From contig JAHQWJ010000147.1 in the NCBI GenBank assembly GCA_029856125.1, forward strand, positions 12,509 to 76,508: a stretch of DNA of 64,000 bases, in the 5' to 3' direction. The notes under the pieces are model-generated. The model saw only the letters and a list, made by a program, of their open reading frames with translations. It had not been told where the DNA came from and did no database searches. The translations under genes and the position numbers were made by a program. Below, in pieces: positions 1-10,068 of the stretch; within the stretch, counting starts at the first letter, position 1, and every line of letters begins with the position of its first letter. The DNA is from Promethearchaeia archaeon. GTDB lineage: Archaea; Asgardarchaeota; Lokiarchaeia; Sigyniarchaeales; SOKP01.

Positions 1-527
1 TTTACAATTTTACAAACTCTTTCAAATTTTACCAAGTCTGTTTTAAAAGCATCAGAGTTAATAGGACATGTATGCGTCTCAGTTAGAGTAAACGGAATTC
101 CATGCTGATATAGAACGCTACAAACAGATAATTTTCCGCAGAATGCATCTCGTCTAAATTTTCGATGCATTTTGTCGACTTCATCAGATGAAGCTTGAAT
201 AAGGATTGGAACATTTAAATCAGATAATTTTAGAGTGTTGACGATACCTTTTTCATCTCCAAAATTTGGTAAAACTACGATAATACCCATTATTTGTTCT
301 TTCTTTTCTTTAAAAAGTTTAGCACATTTTTTTGCGTCAGAATAAGATTCAACTACGCCATCTTTTGTATCGCTCTCGTTTAAAATAACATAACCATACC
401 CTAATTCTTTCAACACACTTATAATTTCTATTCGTCCTTCTTTAGCAAGATGATCTGGAAAAACATCTCTATTACCGACGATTACTCCAAATACTAAATT
501 TTTTTCACTTGTTTTCGTTATTGACAT
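1..527 (-). CDS. L-fucose/L-arabinose isomerase family protein (N-terminal part; runs off window start)
   Basis: Manual translation from ATG at 527: MSITKTSEKNLVFGVIVGNRDVFPDHLAKEGR...LPNFGDEKG...RRDAFCGKLSVCSVLYQHGIPFT. The GNR, NFGDE and RRDxFCGK motifs are typical of the fucose-isomerase-like family. Not in the ORF track because it is truncated. Confidence 0.75.
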   Translation of the reverse strand, partial: MSITKTSEKNLVFGVIVGNRDVFPDHLAKEGRIEIISVLKELGYGYVILNESDTKDGVVESYSDAKKCAKLFKEKKEQIMGIIVVLPNFGDEKGIVNTLKLSDLNVPILIQASSDEVDKMHRKFRRDAFCGKLSVCSVLYQHGIPFTLTETHTCPINSDAFKTDLVKFERVCKIV

Positions 528-540
528 TTCTAAAACTATT

Positions 541-1434
541 TTACGGGTTATTTTTAATAAATTCTATAATAACTTCTGCCAGTTCAGGACCTTTATCTTC
601 TTGAACAAAATGACCTGCATTTCTTATTGTAGTGTGTTTTTGACCTTGTGCGCCTGGTACGTTTTCTTGCCAAAATTTATCCCCTCCTCTTGTAATTGGA
701 TCCCCATCAGAAAATGCTGTTAAAAATGGTTTTTCCCATTTTCCAAACTGCTCAATAGCTTTTTTATTGGTTATGTGTTCTGGATCATCTTTACTAATAG
801 GAACTAATGAAGGCATGATACGGGCGCCAGCTTTAAAAAAATCATCGGGAAACGGTGCATCATAAGCTTTAATGACATTTCTCGGCAATTTGGTGGTTGT
901 TGCTCCTTGTACTATCCTTCCAACATAGAACTTGGTTGCAGTTCTAGAGAATTCTCTCCAATTTGAAAAAGCATCACTCATTCTTTGCTCACCTGTTGGG
1001 AGCCCTCCATTTGATAAAACAATTCTATTAAACCGATCCTGATTTTCAATAGCAAGTCTTAAACCTATTAACGATCCCCAATCTTGACAAAATAAGGTAA
1101 TATTTCGAAGATCGAGTAATTGTAGCCATTTCGTCATCCATTCCACATGTTTAAGGTATGTGTGGTCGTTTTGTTCAGTTGGTTTGTCTGACCGACCAAA
1201 CCCTACTAAATCTGGGGCTAAGATTCTAAATCCTGCTTTCACCAGAATAGGAATCATATGCCTATACAAAAAACACCACGATGGCTCACCGTGCATAAGT
1301 AAAATGACTTCTGCTTGTTTGTTACCCTCGTCTAAATAATGGATATTGATTCCATCAACTTTTATAAAATGTGGGTCAAATGTAAAATCGGGAAGGTTTT
1401 CAAACCTTTCTTCTGGAGTGCTTAGTAATTTCAT
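541..1434 (-). CDS. Haloalkane dehalogenase (alpha/beta hydrolase)
   Basis: TPEERFENLPDF N-terminus, HGEPSW, nucleophile elbow QDWG, AGHFVQED catalytic His. Confidence 0.9.
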   Translation of the reverse strand: MKLLSTPEERFENLPDFTFDPHFIKVDGINIHYLDEGNKQAEVILLMHGEPSWCFLYRHMIPILVKAGFRILAPDLVGFGRSDKPTEQNDHTYLKHVEWMTKWLQLLDLRNITLFCQDWGSLIGLRLAIENQDRFNRIVLSNGGLPTGEQRMSDAFSNWREFSRTATKFYVGRIVQGATTTKLPRNVIKAYDAPFPDDFFKAGARIMPSLVPISKDDPEHITNKKAIEQFGKWEKPFLTAFSDGDPITRGGDKFWQENVPGAQGQKHTTIRNAGHFVQEDKGPELAEVIIEFIKNNP

Positions 1435-1558
1435 TCTTTACAAACCTATTTTATTCATTAATTAATGATATATAGTTAGTTATTTTTTCGAATTTAAAAA
1501 ATTTAATTGTTATGGACAAATTCTAAATCTTATAATATAAGAGTTATACAAATATTGA

Positions 1559-2833
1559 ATGACATTGAAAGTTTTATTCATTCGAGTATTTAATAAATTG
1601 AAAGAATTCTGGAATGAGAAGATCTTCCGGTATGCTATCCTAATTCAAATATTTTACGTTCTTTTGTCTATAATTTTATTTTTCTTATTTTTATACCAAA
1701 AAAATGATTTCGTAATCTTTTATGAATCGGGGAAGATTTTTCTTACAGATATTGAGAATTTGTATAATCAAGCAAATTATCTTTGGGATTTTAGGTATTT
1801 TCCTTTATCTGCATTCTTTTTTATTCCGTTTTCTTTTTTGGATTTCGGGCTAGCATTTATTCTTTTCAATGTTCTCAATTTCATATTGAACATTCTGATC
1901 TCTTTGATGATGTATAAAATCATAAAAGCAATTCGAGGGCCAGATCACGAAACTGACGATAAACGAATAATACTTTACATTAGTTTATATTTAATGGGAG
2001 TACCACATATTCTAAATTATATTTATGGCCAAATTAATTTATTCATTACATTTTCAATCTTAGCTTCGTTATTGATTTTTCTATTCTATAAAAAAAAAAA
2101 ATGGCAACTACTTGGTAGCGTTATATTAGGAATCAGTATTATAATCAAGCCAACTTCGTTCTTCCTAATTCCGTTTTTATTAGTAATTCATTTTGATATG
2201 AGTACTAAAAAGTTGAAAATCGACTTTTCAACGAGTGTAGTAAGATTGGTTGGAGTCTTAATACCCGTCTTATTGAACTTTGCACTTTTCGCTGTTTACC
2301 CTAAGCTGTGGAGTGATTTTCTCTCTACTAATTTTACGGGAAGCAACCCTCTTGCATTAAATTTTTCTTTCAGCTTGACAAAACTTGTGACGAATTTCTG
2401 TTATTTCTTTAATATACCATTCAGTCAATTAATCATATTGATAGTTTTAGTCGGATTAATTGGGGGATTAGGATTTTTTTCTTACATATTGAGAAGGAGG
2501 AATAAGAATTATATTTTACATGGTTATACAATTGGAATTATAATCATGCTCCTTACATATTTTGATAGTTGGGACCACCATTTGTTAAATCTAACTCCCT
2601 TACTGATTATAACAATCTTCAATCTTCCAAGAAGAGCGAAATTGATAGATTATATAAAACCAAGTTTCTTTTTCTTCAATTTTTTTGATATAATTTTTGT
2701 AGGTGTATGGTTTTTAACTTATCCCTTGTTTCCCTATAACTTTGTAGGGACTTTTTTTCTATTCGTGGTATTATATAGCCTAATGAGGTATTTTCTGGTT
2801 AAAAGATTAAAAACTGATGAGGTAAAACTTTAA
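1559..2833 (+). CDS. GT-C membrane glycosyltransferase (GT87/DUF2029-like)
   Basis: Polytopic membrane protein with DFxxFY, FRYFP, GQIN, IKP and WDHH motifs. Confidence 0.75.
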   Translation: MTLKVLFIRVFNKLKEFWNEKIFRYAILIQIFYVLLSIILFFLFLYQKNDFVIFYESGKIFLTDIENLYNQANYLWDFRYFPLSAFFFIPFSFLDFGLAFILFNVLNFILNILISLMMYKIIKAIRGPDHETDDKRIILYISLYLMGVPHILNYIYGQINLFITFSILASLLIFLFYKKKKWQLLGSVILGISIIIKPTSFFLIPFLLVIHFDMSTKKLKIDFSTSVVRLVGVLIPVLLNFALFAVYPKLWSDFLSTNFTGSNPLALNFSFSLTKLVTNFCYFFNIPFSQLIILIVLVGLIGGLGFFSYILRRRNKNYILHGYTIGIIIMLLTYFDSWDHHLLNLTPLLIITIFNLPRRAKLIDYIKPSFFFFNFFDIIFVGVWFLTYPLFPYNFVGTFFLFVVLYSLMRYFLVKRLKTDEVKL

Positions 2834-3576
2834 TGAAAATTAAAAAAAGAGCCATTTTTTTCAGTATAATGCTCTTATTTCTTTTCATATTAGGGTTCTC
2901 ATCAAATGTAATTGCAAATGAATATCAAAATGGAATTAAAATTAACGATGAGTTAATTTGGAATTGCCATTTATGCGATGATAAAAAAATGGATGCATTA
3001 TTTGGAGAATTTTGGAACGAAGCGGGAATATTTGAAAATTTGAGCGTGAATAGAAGAATGAAATGGAGCGTAAATATGGTAGAAGAAAACTCTACAACTT
3101 TATCAGCTTTATTTAGTATATGGATGTGGCAGTATGAAGATAATTGGGGTACGCAGGATAATAACTCTAAATTCTTATATCTAAGAAATCCAAGTCTATA
3201 CCCTAGTGGCTTCAATTTTACAGACTTATTTCCATTTATTCCTTTTTGGCTTCCTGTTCCCGTTGGTGAATATTTAGGCGAATTACCTTTAGGTGAGATT
3301 TACGACGTCGATAATAGGGTATTACCAACTTTAAATGTAAAAATTATTAAAAACTCCATCCATCTTAATGAACCTATGGAAACTGTTTATTTTATCGCGG
3401 TCTATAATAGTAATGGGATTCTGAGCTCTTTTAAGTTATATACAAGCGGTAATGTAGTCGTAATTGACATTTCATTAGAAAACTTACCGATTTTTGTTAT
3501 CCCTTCAACGATAGGTTTAGTATTAGCATTTGTTTGCTTCATAGTTTTATATATAAAGAAAAAACGGATCAATTAA
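2833..3576 (+). CDS. Secreted/membrane-anchored hypothetical protein
   Basis: N-terminal signal peptide, C-terminal TM helix followed by KKKR; translationally coupled to the upstream gene (TAATG overlap). Confidence 0.7.
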   Translation: MKIKKRAIFFSIMLLFLFILGFSSNVIANEYQNGIKINDELIWNCHLCDDKKMDALFGEFWNEAGIFENLSVNRRMKWSVNMVEENSTTLSALFSIWMWQYEDNWGTQDNNSKFLYLRNPSLYPSGFNFTDLFPFIPFWLPVPVGEYLGELPLGEIYDVDNRVLPTLNVKIIKNSIHLNEPMETVYFIAVYNSNGILSSFKLYTSGNVVVIDISLENLPIFVIPSTIGLVLAFVCFIVLYIKKKRIN

Positions 3577-3604
3577 TATTCAATTAAATTTTACTATAAG
3601 TCCC

Positions 3605-4873
3605 ATGAATTATAAAGGAATATACAATAGCACTAAAAAACGGTTAGCAGAACTCTGGAATATAAAGTCTTTTAGATACGCAATTTTACTTCATTTCTTT
3701 TACTTCTTTTTATCATTATTTTTAACACTTTTCGTTTTAAGAACGCAGAGTGATTTCTATGTGTATTATAAAGTTGGAGAAATTTATGTAAACGATCCCA
3801 ATAATCTTTATAACCCTGCTTACTATGTAGACATATGGCCTTTTAGATATTTCCCTCTATCAGCCTTACTTTTTGTCCCTTATTATTTATTGGGTTTTAA
3901 TTTAGGATTTATTATTTTCAATTTTATCAATTTTATCCTAAATATTCTGATCTCTGTAATTCTATACAAAGTCATTATTATGGTTAGAGGAGATGACCAC
4001 GAAAAAGAAAATAAAAGAATTATATTATATATTTGTTTTTATTTAATTGGTTTACCTCAGGTTTTTAATTATGTTTTAGGACAAATCAATTTATATGTGA
4101 CTCTATTAATTCTATTATCCCTATTCGTTTTTCTTAAATTTAAAGAAATCAAATATCAATTATTGGCAAGTATTATATTAGGAATAAGCATTATAATCAA
4201 ACCTACTACCTTATTTATGATTCCTTTCATAATTGTTCTCAATTATAGCTACGAGAAAAAGAGAATTTCGTTTGATCTTAGACTTAGCTTTTTAAGGCTA
4301 TTCGGAGTTCTTTTACCTCTATCACTAAATGTTGTAATGTTTCTCCTTTATCCTGGATTACTTAGCGGTTTTTTAGTCACGAATTTTACTGGTTCTGAAA
4401 CCGTGCTATTAAATCATTCTTTTAGCATTACCAAAATCATTTCAAACATATTATTATTTATAGGCGTTCCGTCTAATGGATTAAATGTTTTACCAATATT
4501 CATTAGTGTTTTGCTCGTCTTAGGTTGTTTTGGATTTATATTTTATATTTTTAGAAGGTTTAATAAAAATAATTTGATATACGGATACACTTTTGGAATG
4601 TTAATAATGTTTCTTGCTTATTTTGACTCTTGGGATCACCACCTTCTCAATTTGACTCCACTTCTAATTATTATGTTATTTAATTTACCGCGAAATTCAG
4701 AATTAACAAGAAAATACATAAAACCTAGTTTTTTCTTTCTAAGCTTTTTAGGTCTAGTTTTTACAGGAATTTTTTGGCTTACCCAACTATTCTTTCCATT
4801 TAATTTTGCGTCTACAATCTTTCTAATTCTAATTTTTATCGGAGTCAGCAGATATTGCATACTAAAAAATTAA
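3605..4873 (+). CDS. GT-C membrane glycosyltransferase (GT87/DUF2029-like), paralog of 1559..2833
   Basis: Shares FRYFPLSA, GQINL, ILGISIIIKPT and YFDSWDHHLLNLTPLLII with the first copy. Confidence 0.75.
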   Translation: MNYKGIYNSTKKRLAELWNIKSFRYAILLHFFYFFLSLFLTLFVLRTQSDFYVYYKVGEIYVNDPNNLYNPAYYVDIWPFRYFPLSALLFVPYYLLGFNLGFIIFNFINFILNILISVILYKVIIMVRGDDHEKENKRIILYICFYLIGLPQVFNYVLGQINLYVTLLILLSLFVFLKFKEIKYQLLASIILGISIIIKPTTLFMIPFIIVLNYSYEKKRISFDLRLSFLRLFGVLLPLSLNVVMFLLYPGLLSGFLVTNFTGSETVLLNHSFSITKIISNILLFIGVPSNGLNVLPIFISVLLVLGCFGFIFYIFRRFNKNNLIYGYTFGMLIMFLAYFDSWDHHLLNLTPLLIIMLFNLPRNSELTRKYIKPSFFFLSFLGLVFTGIFWLTQLFFPFNFASTIFLILIFIGVSRYCILKN

Positions 4874-5048
4874 TGGAAATTTGATTTAGATCAATTTTTC
4901 ACCTAATTGAACAGCTTTGTATTCCCACTTCAATGAACACTAATTCTAAACATAATGATTAAAGTTAAATAATTTCTATTCTACACTTAATTTGAAAAAT
5001 TGAATATACATAATAATAAATAAATCCAAAAGACACATTAGAAATAAG

Positions 5049-5759
5049 ATGGTTCAAGAATACATAATCATTTTTATGCCAGCTTTTTTATTAGGAATCT
5101 TACATACTGCTATTCCGTGCGAAGATAAAGCTATCTTCTTTTTTTGGTCTTTTGGAATAGCGAAAACCCCTGGTAAAAGCATTTTTATCTTAGCACTTTA
5201 TGGATTGGGTTTAATCTGTGCAAATATGATCATTGCATCGGTAACAGTTTTAATTCCCCAAGTCCCAAGATTTGTCTTTCCGGGTTTTACCCCAGATCCT
5301 CATATTATCAACTTTTTTGGTGCTTTTACTTCTATGCTCGCTGGAATCGTTCTCTTATTCTTTTTGACAAGGCGAGACTACACGCCACACTCGAGATATT
5401 CGAAGGAAATTTCAACTTTAGATTGGGAATTAAAGAAGACTCCATTTTTCTTTGGTATTCTAGCGGGGTTTGCTCCTTGCATATTTGAGTTAATTATATA
5501 TTCTCAATCATTTCAGTTCGCATTAGGATATGGGTTTATCGAGGGTTTATTAGTTGTTTTTTACTTTTCGCTTGGGACTTTCGTGGGGCTTTTTCCGCTT
5601 GCGTTAGCGAAATATGGAACCTCGCAGATGGTCAAGCCAAATATTAAAAGGAGGAAAGTCATTTTCTATTTAATGATTTTAATCATCATTATTTTCAATA
5701 GTGTGGTAATGATTTTATCGTTTTTACGAATATCTGTATTTCCTATAGAAAGTTTATAG
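5049..5759 (+). CDS. NicO/RcnA/UreH-like (DsbD_2) membrane transporter
   Basis: About 6 TM helices; LLGILHTAIPCEDK and GILAGFAPC resemble the GxxHAxxP and GxxPC family motifs. Confidence 0.55.
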   Translation: MVQEYIIIFMPAFLLGILHTAIPCEDKAIFFFWSFGIAKTPGKSIFILALYGLGLICANMIIASVTVLIPQVPRFVFPGFTPDPHIINFFGAFTSMLAGIVLLFFLTRRDYTPHSRYSKEISTLDWELKKTPFFFGILAGFAPCIFELIIYSQSFQFALGYGFIEGLLVVFYFSLGTFVGLFPLALAKYGTSQMVKPNIKRRKVIFYLMILIIIIFNSVVMILSFLRISVFPIESL

Positions 5760-5928
5760 GTTACTATAAGCAAAACAGTAAATATTATATTTTTAATCAA
5801 AAAATTAAAAACTCATTAATTATTCAAATTAATCAATATTGGTCTTATAAAATAATTTATTATACTGTATTTTTATATATATTATAACTAATTATACATC
5901 TTTCACCAATGATGGAGAGAAGCAAATA

Positions 5929-8301
5929 ATGGTTGACTGCAAATTTTGTGAATCCCAAAACATTTCTTTTACTTGTGAGAAATGCAAGTCAAGTTTTTGC
6001 ATTAACCATATGGCTACAACAGAGAGCTGGCTTTGTAGAAAGCATGAGTTACATTATTCTAAGGCGAGTGCTACTGAGAAATTTTATAAATGTACTGTTA
6101 TTGAAAATAGTAAATGTCCGGAGTGCGATTCTCTCTTAAGATTAGAAAGATTATCATCGGGTCATTATTATTTAGAGTGCATTGACGATACATGCAGTTG
6201 GAACTCCTACTTAAAATCTCCCGGCTTATTTTTTCCTACTAAAGAACAGTTAGCTAGGGAAGCTACGAAATATAATTTAATTAAAGGATATAGGTTAAAC
6301 TTATGTCGTCGATCTCTCAAAAAGATAGTTGGGAAAGATATTTGTCCAAATTGTTTCATAGAGTTTCTCAAGAGAGCCTCAATTACTAACTTCTCCACTA
6401 TTATCGAATCATTCAATCTTACTGCTCAACAAATGGTTAAATTAATTAACCAATACATTGAAGAGGAACGAATTTATGGTATAATTGACCAGAAGAACCA
6501 GATTTTTTACTACATATCCTACGAAATCCGTGAGAAAATTTTATCGAAAATTCAAAACGAAGGTATATTGAAAGTAGCAGATCTGGGAGAAATGCTCGAT
6601 ATGAGTTCAGAAGCGGCTATAAAAGTCATTTATAAGTTAATTAGCCAGTTTCAAATCAAAGGCTCGTTTTCTCAAACAAAACAATTCTATTACTCCCAAA
6701 AATATATAATAGACCATTTAATAGAAGAGATTAATAAAAAGGGAAGGGTTTCGTTAGATAAACTTGCGAAAATATTTGATGTCCCAGGAGAATTGACAAA
6801 ATCTTTTTGCGTCAATCTAATGAGAACAAACGCAATTAATGGATTTTTTGCCGATCGTGGTAATGAAATTATTACTTCTGACCAAATTTATAAAGAAATT
6901 AAAGCTTTTTCAAAAGAAGTAGGTTTATTTGAGCTTTCTAAGCTTGCTACAAAATTAAAAATAGCTATAGAATTAGCAAGAAAAAGTCTTCATGAACTCA
7001 TTAAATCTGGCAAAATTAAAGGGCTTTTCACCCAACGCAGAGAATTCATGACACGTAAATACCTCGAGACGAAAATAAAAGAAATCGCTCGAGCCTACAG
7101 AACGATGCCATTAAGAGAACTTTCGAACAGATTGGGTGTAACTGAATCCAGCATAGAAGAGAATCTTGCTCAACTGATTGGAAGTGGAGATATCGATGGT
7201 TTTATTGATTTAGGAAAGAGAATGTTTACAGCATACTCGGTACCGCGCACTTCATCAGGAACTTCGCGGCCAAAACAGAAAAAAGCAATTCCTGTTGACG
7301 AGGGAAACATTGAAGTTGTAAGGGATTATGATTTCGAGGGTGGACAAGTACACATGAAAATCGCTGTACGGAATAAAAGCGATATGGCTATCAATAATGT
7401 TAAAGTCCTATTAGATGCGCCAACTAACTTCAAAGTAAAACAACCTTTGATAAGTGTTCCCGTAATTGAAGCTAAGAGTAGTAGGGGAGTAGATTTTTAT
7501 CTTGAGCCCAAAAATTGCGGCACATCAAACATTGGCGGAACTGTTATCTTTAAAGATGCAACGGGTGAAAAACACACTAAACACATAAGAAAAAAAGAAG
7601 TTGCTATAAAATGTCCACTTGTTTGTACCTCAATGAGCACTATAGAGGATTGTCAAGTTGCAATACAAACCTTAGGAAACGATGCTCGGGCATTTTTAAT
7701 TGCTGACTTAGACCCTCGTTTAGCTTATAGGGCTGCGATAAGAACGCTAAAAAACTTTGATACTAGCGCTGTAACATCACACGAGGGTTCTGATCCAAAG
7801 GGAAATTACGAAGCTGAAGCATGGTTCTGTTCTGAAGCAAAAGTTACTGGCGGGAGAATTATTACACGAATCTATGTATCTGAAACAAGTCAATCATTGG
7901 AAGTAAGAGTATGGTGTGGAAATCCAGGACAATTAACTGGTTTCTTAGCTAAAATTATAGAAATATTGTTTGAGCAGATAAACATAATCAGAAAAATCAA
8001 ATCAGAGGAAAGAGAGAAAACAATAGATGTCATGGCAATTACACAGAACTTAGCTGAAATCAGCGATTATTGTATGCTTAGATGGAAGGCACAGAATATA
8101 AGAAACAAATTGCATGACACATTTGTACGTTTAAGGAAAATTTTAGGAGATAATGAGGCTATCTTAGGTAGAGTCGAATATTGGCTAACTCAATTGAATA
8201 AATATGGCAAAGACGATAAAATCAGCGATGAGGATGCCGAAAAACTAGTGAATGATGTAGAAAAAATCAAAAGTGTCATTTCCCGAGCCATAAAAATGTG
8301 A
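5929..8301 (+). CDS. Multi-domain protein: Zn fingers, tandem PCI-like winged helices, appendage-like beta-sandwich/platform domain
   Basis: Cys/His clusters in aa 1-145; repeated helix-helix-(I/L)xG-wing units (IYGIID, IKGSFS, INGFFA, IKGLFT, IDGFID); beta-rich C-terminal region after a low-complexity linker. Confidence 0.6.
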   Translation: MVDCKFCESQNISFTCEKCKSSFCINHMATTESWLCRKHELHYSKASATEKFYKCTVIENSKCPECDSLLRLERLSSGHYYLECIDDTCSWNSYLKSPGLFFPTKEQLAREATKYNLIKGYRLNLCRRSLKKIVGKDICPNCFIEFLKRASITNFSTIIESFNLTAQQMVKLINQYIEEERIYGIIDQKNQIFYYISYEIREKILSKIQNEGILKVADLGEMLDMSSEAAIKVIYKLISQFQIKGSFSQTKQFYYSQKYIIDHLIEEINKKGRVSLDKLAKIFDVPGELTKSFCVNLMRTNAINGFFADRGNEIITSDQIYKEIKAFSKEVGLFELSKLATKLKIAIELARKSLHELIKSGKIKGLFTQRREFMTRKYLETKIKEIARAYRTMPLRELSNRLGVTESSIEENLAQLIGSGDIDGFIDLGKRMFTAYSVPRTSSGTSRPKQKKAIPVDEGNIEVVRDYDFEGGQVHMKIAVRNKSDMAINNVKVLLDAPTNFKVKQPLISVPVIEAKSSRGVDFYLEPKNCGTSNIGGTVIFKDATGEKHTKHIRKKEVAIKCPLVCTSMSTIEDCQVAIQTLGNDARAFLIADLDPRLAYRAAIRTLKNFDTSAVTSHEGSDPKGNYEAEAWFCSEAKVTGGRIITRIYVSETSQSLEVRVWCGNPGQLTGFLAKIIEILFEQINIIRKIKSEEREKTIDVMAITQNLAEISDYCMLRWKAQNIRNKLHDTFVRLRKILGDNEAILGRVEYWLTQLNKYGKDDKISDEDAEKLVNDVEKIKSVISRAIKM

Positions 8302-8376
8302 TTTTTTGTTCAAAAACATTTATAAGTGTTATCGTGAATTTATATTAATGATAAGTGAGAAGAGTTTTGAATTATT

Positions 8377-8790
8377 ATGCCCATAATTAGTATATCTATC
8401 AATGAGAGCTTAAAACAATTTATCAATAAACTTGTTTCAAAAAACCAATATGACAACAAATCCAAGCTAATCCGAGATGCTTTATTAAGACTAATGTCTG
8501 ATATTGAAGTATCAAGCGTCGAGTCTATTGGGGATGTGGCTTCGATTGAGAAAAGCATTATTGGAAATCTAATTATAATAATGCCCCATGATCCGATTGT
8601 TCAGAGAAAATTGAACAAAATCGAAAATAAATATATGGAGCAAATTGTTAATAAAAATCAACACTTCCAAGGAGAAAATCTCATATTGTCAATTATTTTC
8701 GATGGGAACGTCTCAGATTTTCAAAATATCGTAGTCGACATAAATGGGATTAAAGAAATTAAGAACTTCCGTTACTTAATAGTCAATTAA
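8377..8790 (+). CDS. Ribbon-helix-helix (CopG/NikR-like) transcriptional regulator with ACT-like C-domain
   Basis: IISISINESLKQFINKLV...YDNKSKLIRDAL RHH signature. Confidence 0.75.
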   Translation: MPIISISINESLKQFINKLVSKNQYDNKSKLIRDALLRLMSDIEVSSVESIGDVASIEKSIIGNLIIIMPHDPIVQRKLNKIENKYMEQIVNKNQHFQGENLILSIIFDGNVSDFQNIVVDINGIKEIKNFRYLIVN

Positions 8791-8952
8791 GCGTAAAATT
8801 AGCTTAAATAAATCTTGTTTTATTCTGCGTAAGGATTAAATAAATTAGTTATATTGAATTTGATACTTAAAACTAATCGGGATTAACTTTAATAGATATA
8901 TCTAATTTAAAACAATATCACATACCATATTATTATTGAAGTATAAAGAAAT

Positions 8953-10053
8953 ATGTCTTATAGAAAATTGCAACAACGGTTGAATACTTTACCAATAGGA
9001 TATCCGGCAACAAAATCAGGTGTAGAGCTTCGAATATTAGAAGCCCTTTTTACTCCTAAAGAAGCAGAGATAGCTGTGAAAATGAGTTTTATACCCGAAT
9101 CTGTAGAAAAGATTTATAGACGCGTGAAAAAAATAGTAGCATCTAAAGACGAATTAAGGGAAATCTTAGATAAAATGTACCACAATGGGGCAATAAACTT
9201 ACAGAGAACCAATCAAGGTAATGGAGAAGAAATTCGATATCATTTAGCATTTTTAGCAGTAGGAATGTACGAATATCAAGTCGGTACGCTTACTAAAGAT
9301 TTTTATGAGGATATTGAGGATTATTTTGATGAAGCTTACCGGGATGAAGTTATAAGTACAAAGATTAATCAATTAAGGACAATACCCATTGAAGAAAGCG
9401 TCACACCCGAACATAATATAGCTACTTTCGACGAATTAAATGAAATTATAAGGAAAACTAGAAAGATTGCAGTTATGGAATGTATCTGTCAGAAAGGTAA
9501 AGAGCTTATAAACAAACCGTGTAAACAAACTGATATGAGAGAACATTGCTTCGCATTAAACAATTCTGCCCAACATGTTGTAGATCTTAACAATGGTAAG
9601 TTTGTCACTAACGACGAAGCCCTACTCATTCTTAAAAGAGCTCAGGAAGAAGGACTAATCCTCCAACCAGGCAACGCTTTAGATCCAAATTTCATTTGTT
9701 GCTGCTGTGGATGTTGTTGCGATTTAATAACTAATATAAAAAAACTTGATCGCCCTTGGGAATTGTTTCATTCAAACTTTATCGCAAGTGTTGATTCTGA
9801 TTTATGTATTGGTTGCGAATCCTGTTTGAATAGATGTCAAATGGATGCTATTGAAATGGTCGAAAATATAGCAACTGTGAACCAAAATCTATGTATAGGA
9901 TGCGGTAATTGCGTCGTCACTTGTTCAGAAGAAGCCATAACTCTCGAGAAGAAAGAGAAAGAGCTGATTCCACCCAATACTACAAAGGACTTATTTCTGA
10001 AAATAATGGATAAGAAAGCAGAATTAAGACGAAAAGAAAAAGGAGTGTTATAA
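8953..10053 (+). CDS. 4Fe-4S dicluster domain protein
   Basis: CICQ, CCCCGCCC and two CxxCxxCxxxC ferredoxin motifs. Confidence 0.85.
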   Translation: MSYRKLQQRLNTLPIGYPATKSGVELRILEALFTPKEAEIAVKMSFIPESVEKIYRRVKKIVASKDELREILDKMYHNGAINLQRTNQGNGEEIRYHLAFLAVGMYEYQVGTLTKDFYEDIEDYFDEAYRDEVISTKINQLRTIPIEESVTPEHNIATFDELNEIIRKTRKIAVMECICQKGKELINKPCKQTDMREHCFALNNSAQHVVDLNNGKFVTNDEALLILKRAQEEGLILQPGNALDPNFICCCCGCCCDLITNIKKLDRPWELFHSNFIASVDSDLCIGCESCLNRCQMDAIEMVENIATVNQNLCIGCGNCVVTCSEEAITLEKKEKELIPPNTTKDLFLKIMDKKAELRRKEKGVL

Positions 10054-10068
10054 AATTTTAGGTGTTGA

